Origin: Bacteroidia bacterium
Lineage (GTDB): Bacteria > Bacteroidota > Bacteroidia > UBA4408
DNA length: 51,044 nucleotides
Direction of reading: 5' to 3'
NCBI GenBank assembly: GCA_023262495.1
Contig: JALRAS010000005.1
Coordinates: forward strand, 3,672-54,715
A model generated the notes under the pieces. The model saw only the letters and a program-made list of their open reading frames with translations, ran no database searches and had not been told where the DNA came from. Of the stretch, positions 44,950 to 51,044 are shown in pieces (within the stretch, counting starts at the first letter, position 1; each line of letters opens with the position of its first letter). A program made the translations under genes and the position numbers.

Positions 44950-45648
44950 TCAGGATTTTATGGCTCTTGTTATTTCCCTTTTACCGGGCGGCCCAGGCAA
45001 ACTCTCCACTAAAAAACCGATTGACCTCAAGCTACGTTTTACCGATCCTTTAGCACAGTATGTTAACAACATGCCGCCTGAATCAATGGAATCAAACATC
45101 TTTTGTAGTATTTCTTCTGACCATATTTCCGGCTGAGTTCGTGGGCCAAAAGCATCAAAATATACAAGATCATATTCGTTTTTAGGAAGGGTAATTTCTT
45201 CAATCTTACGATGATGTAACAGGCAGTAAAAATTTGTTGCGGCTTCGAATGTTGTATTGGCAGGAGATGTATGCAATTGCTTCAAAAACTTTTCTGAATC
45301 GATACTTTTTATTTGATTGTGGTAACCAAGCTCTGCAATGATGTCGGGCTCAATAGGGTTTGCTTCCACAGCCGTATATTCGATGAGGTGCATGTTTTCA
45401 GACTTTAAAAAAGTGTCATAGGTTAACAGGCAATTCAGACCAGTTCCCAGTCCAATTTCTAAAATACGAACAGCTGATTTTTGTATTTGTAACAGGCCAT
45501 TTTGTATGTAAACATGAGTGCTTTCTTGCAGGGCGCCATGCATAGAATGATAATGTTCATCACTATTGGGCAACGATAAAGTCATTGAGCCATCTGCAGT
45601 TAAAACTGCTTGAGGTTTGATATATGACGAGGTATTTCCGATGAACAA
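44950..45648 (-). CDS. mnmD: tRNA (mnm5s2U34) methyltransferase, stand-alone MnmC N-terminal domain (MnmD)
   Basis: TADGS.T, HYHS.HGA.QES.HVY, LEIGLGTGLN, YFDAFGP and PGPPGKRE motifs. Confidence 0.85.
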   Translation of the reverse strand: MFIGNTSSYIKPQAVLTADGSMTLSLPNSDEHYHSMHGALQESTHVYIQNGLLQIQKSAVRILEIGLGTGLNCLLTYDTFLKSENMHLIEYTAVEANPIEPDIIAELGYHNQIKSIDSEKFLKQLHTSPANTTFEAATNFYCLLHHRKIEEITLPKNEYDLVYFDAFGPRTQPEIWSEEILQKMFDSIDSGGMLLTYCAKGSVKRSLRSIGFLVESLPGPPGKREITRAIKS

Positions 45649-45652
45649 GCCC

Positions 45653-47704
45653 CTACTTTTTTACCGCAAAATACTTGTAAATTTCATGCTGCGCTCTTTT
45701 CTTAATACCATCAGGCGCTTGACGATATGGATTATCCTGCTTCTCATTTAAAATTCTAACCTTGGTACTGCCGTTCCATTGCAGATCAAAAGTTTTCTTT
45801 ATTTCTTTTTTAAGCGCGGGATCGTAAATTGGGCATGCCACCTCGGTTCTAAAGTCGAGGTTGCGTATCATCCAATCGGCAGAGGAAATAAAAACTAGTT
45901 CATTGCCGTTATTGTGAAAAACCATGCTGCGCGCGTGTTCCAAAAATTGATCAACCAAGCTGATGGCTTGTATGTTTTCACTCATGCCCTTTACACCGGG
46001 TACAAGTGAGCATATCCCGCGTATAATCAATTCCACTCTAACTCCCGCATTGCTGGCGGCATATAGTTTCTTAATCAGTTCTTCATCTGTTAAACTGTTT
46101 AGCTTTAACTGTATCAATGCGGGCTTGTTGGCTTTGGCATTTTTAATTTCATTTTGAATGAGCTTAATAATTTTATTTCTCATAAAAAATGGCGCCACCA
46201 ATAAAGACTTGTATGTTCCTGTTTTGTAATTATTCTTGAAGAAGTGAAATACTTTTTCTACTTCCGAGGTGATGCGTTGATTGCATGTGAGCAAACTGAA
46301 ATCACTGTAAACTTTGGCTGTAACTTCATTGAAATTACCGGTTCCGATGTGCGCATAGGCAATTGATTTGTTGTTTTCCTTGCGGGTAACGTAAATTAAT
46401 TTTGAATGTACCTTAAGCCCCTGAACACCATAAATAAGTGTTGCTCCTTCATCTTGCAACTTATTAGCAATGTTCAAATTGGCCTGTTCATCAAATCTTG
46501 CTTGAAGCTCAACCACCACCGTTACATTTTTTCCATTTTGTAATGCGTTTATTAGAGCATTGATGATTTTTGAATTTTTGGCTACCCGATAAAGAGTAAC
46601 TTTGATATCCACAACAGCAGGATCAATGGCCGCTTCGCGTAAGAAATCGATGATATGGTCAAAACTTTGATATGGGAAAGTAAGCAAAATGTCCTGTTTT
46701 CTGAGCACTTCAAACATGCTTTTATTTCCTTTCAAACGCGGATGCTCAAGCGTTGGTAAAGGGGCACTAATAAGATTTGTACCGCCTACTTTTGGAAACT
46801 TCATGAAGTCTTTAAAGTTATGATAACGACCTCCGGGAATGAGTGCCTGATTTTTATCAATCTTCATGCTCTTAGTAAGATATTCAAGCATATCTTTTGG
46901 TATTTGTTGATCGTAAACAAGTCTTACCGGATCACCAATTTTTCTTTGCTTTAAGCTTTTTGAAATTTTTTCAGTAATGCTTTTTGATAAATCACTATCG
47001 ATGTCTAGCTCTGCATCGCGAGTAAGCTTGATGGTATAAGCGCCATACGTATCAAAGTTGAATACAAAGAAAATATCCTCCAAGCAATACCTGATAACAT
47101 CATCAAGTAAAATAAGGAATGTGTCTTCTTTATGCTCATTACCGGGCAACTGCACAAATCGCGGCAAGTCATCAGGAACTTGTATCAGCGCATATCTTGA
47201 ATCTTTACTCTTGGTTTTATGAGATAATTTTACAGAAAGATAAATCGATTTATCGCGCAGTGATGGCAACTTGCTGGTATGTTGCAACATGATAGGCACA
47301 AGCAGCGGGCGCACATTTTCCTTGAAATAATTCTTAACAAACTCACCTTGTTTTTTACTGATAGTTTTCTCATCTACAATAAATACATGATTGCTTTTTA
47401 AACCCACCAAAATTTCGGCATAAATACGGTCGAATTCTTTTTGCTGATGAACAACAATCGCTTGAATTTTGTGCAGCACTTTGGTGGGATTTTCACCGAT
47501 ATACGATTTTGCATCTTTCCCCAAGTTAATCATTCTCTTGTAGGTTCCCACCCGCACACGGAAGAACTCATCAAGGTTGTTGGAAAAAATACCCAAGAAT
47601 TTAATTCTCTCAATGAGTGGTAAGCTTTTATCAGCAGCTTCTTGTAGCACTCTTGCATTAAATGATAACCAACTAATATCCCTGTTAATCAAGGTTGCTT
47701 TCAT
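45653..47704 (-). CDS. ppk1: Polyphosphate kinase 1
   Basis: NRDISWLSFN.RVLQEA, NLDEFFRVRV, ELQARFDEQAN, KVHSK, GTGNFN and SSADWM.RNL motifs. Confidence 0.97.
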   Translation of the reverse strand: MKATLINRDISWLSFNARVLQEAADKSLPLIERIKFLGIFSNNLDEFFRVRVGTYKRMINLGKDAKSYIGENPTKVLHKIQAIVVHQQKEFDRIYAEILVGLKSNHVFIVDEKTISKKQGEFVKNYFKENVRPLLVPIMLQHTSKLPSLRDKSIYLSVKLSHKTKSKDSRYALIQVPDDLPRFVQLPGNEHKEDTFLILLDDVIRYCLEDIFFVFNFDTYGAYTIKLTRDAELDIDSDLSKSITEKISKSLKQRKIGDPVRLVYDQQIPKDMLEYLTKSMKIDKNQALIPGGRYHNFKDFMKFPKVGGTNLISAPLPTLEHPRLKGNKSMFEVLRKQDILLTFPYQSFDHIIDFLREAAIDPAVVDIKVTLYRVAKNSKIINALINALQNGKNVTVVVELQARFDEQANLNIANKLQDEGATLIYGVQGLKVHSKLIYVTRKENNKSIAYAHIGTGNFNEVTAKVYSDFSLLTCNQRITSEVEKVFHFFKNNYKTGTYKSLLVAPFFMRNKIIKLIQNEIKNAKANKPALIQLKLNSLTDEELIKKLYAASNAGVRVELIIRGICSLVPGVKGMSENIQAISLVDQFLEHARSMVFHNNGNELVFISSADWMIRNLDFRTEVACPIYDPALKKEIKKTFDLQWNGSTKVRILNEKQDNPYRQAPDGIKKRAQHEIYKYFAVKK

Positions 47705-47718
47705 ACGTCACAATGCTT

Positions 47719-48156
47719 TTACTTAGAAATTTTATCAATATTTTTAGAGAGTTTTGCCTTTGATTTGTTTTGATGAGACACGGCATTCATCAAGTTATTT
47801 CCTCTGCGTATTTTTTTTACGCCTGTTTTTTTGGTTGGAGCAGCAACGGAGGAGGCAACCTTCTCGACTACTTTTATTTGATTTGTTTTTTTTACTGCAA
47901 CTTTCTTATTTTCATTTTGCTTGCTTTCGCCATTCAACTTATTCTCGGGGACTTCAACTTTGTCGACTAAGCCAATTGCTTCCATTTGTTTCTGAAATTT
48001 TTTTTGTGTTTTCAAGAACTTTTTGGCCAGGTCTTTGCAATGGTTCTTGATGTTTTTTGAGAAAATAATGGCAACTGCGGGATCAATTTCACGGAATACT
48101 TTTTCTGTTTGCCTAAGGAGCAACTGTTCAAGATCCTTTTTGTGATTTTTTTCCAT
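47719..48156 (-). CDS. Lysine-rich hypothetical protein upstream of ppk1
   Basis: 145-aa ORF with a helical N-terminus and a basic low-complexity tail; TATATTTG promoter box at 48177-48184; 14-nt gap to ppk1. Confidence 0.65.
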   Translation of the reverse strand: MEKNHKKDLEQLLLRQTEKVFREIDPAVAIIFSKNIKNHCKDLAKKFLKTQKKFQKQMEAIGLVDKVEVPENKLNGESKQNENKKVAVKKTNQIKVVEKVASSVAAPTKKTGVKKIRRGNNLMNAVSHQNKSKAKLSKNIDKISK

Positions 48157-48253
48157 AATCCTGTTTCTTTAAAACGCAAATATATACTTATGATAGGTTT
48201 TATTGCAATATCATTAAAATACTTAACATTGGAGTAAATTTATCTATACAAAT

Positions 48254-49456
48254 ATGTTTTTTAAGATGACTGAAAATGTAATTAATGCGGCAAAGATGCT
48301 TGCAATGATGACTTTGCTGTTATTTTCAGTAGGTGTTCATGCACAAGAGAAAATGATTACCGGTGCCGAAAATACTGCAGCATGGTTTCCTTTGGTTAAG
48401 GATAAAAATATTGCACTTGTGGCTAATCAAACCAGCATCATTGGTCAAACACATCTAGTAGATACAATGCTTCGTTTGGGATTGAAAGTTGCTAAAATAT
48501 TTTCTCCCGAGCATGGTTTTAGAGGCGCTGCAAGTGCAGGTGAAAAGGTAAGCGATGATGTGGATTCAGCAACTGGGATATCTGTTGTTTCATTATACGG
48601 CAATAATAAAAAACCTACCGCTGAAGCGCTGCAAGGCATTGATATCATGATTTTTGATTTGCAGGATGTTGGAGTACGATTCTACACTTATATCAGCACC
48701 ATGCATTATGTGATGCAGGCCTGTGCCGAGCAAAAAATTCCACTCATCATTTTGGATCGTCCAAATCCAAACGGCTTTTATGTTGATGGTCCTGTTTTGC
48801 AAGATTCCTTTGCCTCATTTGTGGGAATGCACAAGGTGCCTGTAGTGCACGGTTTAACTATTGGAGAGTATGCACAAATGATCAACGGAGAGCATTGGCT
48901 AAAGCAAAATATTGCATGCGAAATTAAAGTCATTCCTTGTGTTGGATACACGCATCAATCGCGGTATTTTTTACCTGTCAAACCCTCTCCCAATTTACCT
49001 AATCAACTTGCCATTTATTTATATCCAACACTGTGTTTTTTTGAAGGTACTGTTATTAGTGTAGGACGAGGAACAAGTAAACCTTTTCAACAATATGGGC
49101 ATCCACTGCTCATGAACAGCGAAACATCATTTGTTCCCAAAAGCATGCCGGGAGCAAGCAATCCGCCTTATGCCAATGAGGTTTGTTTTGGTTATGACTT
49201 GAGCAATTATGATGATGTTTCCGACTCACTAAGCTCTGGTATTCACCTAGAAATACTTATAGATGCGTACCGCAATTTTCCGGATAAGAAAATTTTTTTC
49301 AACTCATTTTTCAATAAACTTGCGGGTAATGATATCCTCCAAAAACAGATTGTTTCAGGCAAATCTGTAGCAGAAATTAAAGCCTCTTGGCAGTCAGATT
49401 TACAACAGTACAAAATTGTGAGGAAGAAATATTTGCTCTACCAAGACTTTGAATAA
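48254..49456 (+). CDS. DUF1343 / NamZ-like exo-beta-N-acetylmuramidase
   Basis: FSPEHGFRG, SLYG, FDLQDVGVRFYTY, LDRPNPNG, PSPNLP and SVGRGT motifs. Confidence 0.9.
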   Translation: MFFKMTENVINAAKMLAMMTLLLFSVGVHAQEKMITGAENTAAWFPLVKDKNIALVANQTSIIGQTHLVDTMLRLGLKVAKIFSPEHGFRGAASAGEKVSDDVDSATGISVVSLYGNNKKPTAEALQGIDIMIFDLQDVGVRFYTYISTMHYVMQACAEQKIPLIILDRPNPNGFYVDGPVLQDSFASFVGMHKVPVVHGLTIGEYAQMINGEHWLKQNIACEIKVIPCVGYTHQSRYFLPVKPSPNLPNQLAIYLYPTLCFFEGTVISVGRGTSKPFQQYGHPLLMNSETSFVPKSMPGASNPPYANEVCFGYDLSNYDDVSDSLSSGIHLEILIDAYRNFPDKKIFFNSFFNKLAGNDILQKQIVSGKSVAEIKASWQSDLQQYKIVRKKYLLYQDFE

Positions 49457-49517
49457 ATTACCTCTGCCAAATAAACTATTGCTACTCTATCAAATACAAT
49501 TTTAGGAATACAACAAC

Positions 49518-50072
49518 TCAGATAGAATAGTCTTTGAGGTGTTGTGGGTTATCCTCGGGGGCAATCAGTTTAATAGTTTCTATGGCCTTACCAAGTCGGT
49601 TAAGCGCAATATCTTCACCTCCGCTATTTTCCCATTCGGGCTGATTTTTTTTCCTGTTTTCAATAAATGAGTACTGAGCAACGATGAGCAATCTTTCTTT
49701 TTGCTGAATGATAAAATAACATTTAGAAAAAGCTTTTTTATGAGGATTCACTGCTGAAACATAAGCCCGATAAATTTTTCCGAACTGATGATTGTTGTAT
49801 TTTCTGATCATAAAAAGGAGCGCAGGGGTACAACTTACATCTTCGTTTTCATAGAGTGCAGCAATATCATGATCTTCTTTCTTTTGGTAGGCCACCCCAA
49901 ATTGATCCTGGAGATGTTGTGTGCCATAACTGTTAAGCTCATCAACCAAAGGATTGAGTATTTTAATATCTTGCTTGAGGTAAGCACTTAGGGCACTTGC
50001 CTGCAAGTTTAAAAACGCCTGCATGAACGCTACTACCGGTAATTCTATTTTTTCCATTTGGGTTGTGAGCAT
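49518..50072 (-). CDS. Hypothetical protein
   Basis: 184-aa ORF, 14 nt downstream of the amidohydrolase gene; no confident motif. Confidence 0.6.
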   Translation of the reverse strand: MLTTQMEKIELPVVAFMQAFLNLQASALSAYLKQDIKILNPLVDELNSYGTQHLQDQFGVAYQKKEDHDIAALYENEDVSCTPALLFMIRKYNNHQFGKIYRAYVSAVNPHKKAFSKCYFIIQQKERLLIVAQYSFIENRKKNQPEWENSGGEDIALNRLGKAIETIKLIAPEDNPQHLKDYSI

Positions 50073-50086
50073 GTATTGCTAGTGAA

Positions 50087-51044
50087 TTATTTAAGCCCGT
50101 ATTTTGACTTGTATTTCTTGTAAAGTTGATGCTGTATGTTATCTAAGTTGACCATTCTGCCTGAAATGAATGCTGCATTGATATGACTGCTTTTCATATC
50201 GAGTAGGTCGCCTTCACAAATTAAAATATGTGCACCTTTTCCTTTCTCAATACTTCCTGCCGATTTATCTATACCCAAAATTTTAGCAGCATTGAATGTG
50301 ATTGAACTAAGTGCCTGTTCTTTGCTTAAACCCCATGCAGCGGCAGTGCCTGCCATAAACGGAAGGTTTCTTATTTGCCAAAAACCATCACAGCTTAGCG
50401 CATACAATATACCTGCATCCTGCAGTTTTTTTGGTAATTTGTAGGCTGCATCAATATCATGATCATCATCAGGAGGCAGCGAGTGTGTGCGGCCTAGTAT
50501 TACCGAAACATTGTGCTCTTTCAATAAATTTAAAACTAAATCAGCATTGGCTCCTCCAACAAGCGTGAAGGTTAATTTGTACTTATTGCAAAGGCTGATG
50601 GCAGCCATAATTTCTTTCACATAGTCGGCATGAATGTATAAACGTTTCTTCCCATTAAACAAGCCACGCATGGCCTCCAAATGCAAATTCTTAACCTCAG
50701 GAGAAGGATTCATATTGTAGGCATAGGCATCTGCAAAAATCGTTTCCAATTGCTGCAATTCCTTGTTGATTTTTTCTCTTTGTTTCTTCTCAAAGTCCTC
50801 TTGATTGTTTTCGCCATAGTAAACCCTCATCGATGGCCAATTGATATGAATGCCTTCATCGGTAAGGTAAGCGGCATCTTCCCAATTCCAGGCATCCAAT
50901 TGCACAACAGACGAAGTTCCGCTTACCACACCCCCTTGAGGCGTAATTTGGGCAAGTAAAATACCATTGGAGCGAATGGTGGGAGTAATTTTACTGTCAG
51001 TATTGTAGGCAATAATTGATCGAACACCGGGATTGATACTACCC
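50087..51044 (-). CDS. Amidohydrolase family protein, 3' part (start lies outside the window)
   Basis: The frame stays open to the window end (GSINPGVRSIIAYNTDSKITPTIRSNG...); RNLPF.AG.A and N.AKILG...GSIEKGK motifs. Confidence 0.85.
   Translation of the reverse strand, partial: GSINPGVRSIIAYNTDSKITPTIRSNGILLAQITPQGGVVSGTSSVVQLDAWNWEDAAYLTDEGIHINWPSMRVYYGENNQEDFEKKQREKINKELQQLETIFADAYAYNMNPSPEVKNLHLEAMRGLFNGKKRLYIHADYVKEIMAAISLCNKYKLTFTLVGGANADLVLNLLKEHNVSVILGRTHSLPPDDDHDIDAAYKLPKKLQDAGILYALSCDGFWQIRNLPFMAGTAAAWGLSKEQALSSITFNAAKILGIDKSAGSIEKGKGAHILICEGDLLDMKSSHINAAFISGRMVNLDNIQHQLYKKYKSKYGLK

Overview
A 51-kb chromosomal window from a Bacteroidota bacterium, judged from TAnnTTTG -7 promoter boxes, two T9SS C-terminal sorting-domain proteins, an S46 peptidase and a PorE-like OmpA protein. 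It holds about 40 mostly housekeeping or envelope genes, including panB, tatA, mazG, asnB, ppk1, yajQ, a glycosylation cluster and an AlkB-like hydroxylase. I saw no rRNA, tRNA, CRISPR array, transposase or integrase. The main find is a minus-strand four-gene unit at about 8.5-11.4 kb: promoter -> SAM-I/IV-type riboswitch -> phage-like small ORF -> unknown ORF -> second SAM-I/IV-type riboswitch -> atypical short metK -> DUF3293-like gene. By eye, the DUF3293-like protein has the motif order of phage T3-type SAM lyases. The two riboswitch copies show compensatory base changes in their helices and pseudoknot. Other signals: three covarying copies of a structured 3'-of-gene RNA (Flavo-1-like), a mirror-symmetric set of REP-like palindromes around a secreted GHSMGGG hydrolase gene, and a small MITE-like element. 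All family assignments come from motif recognition only; no searches were run.
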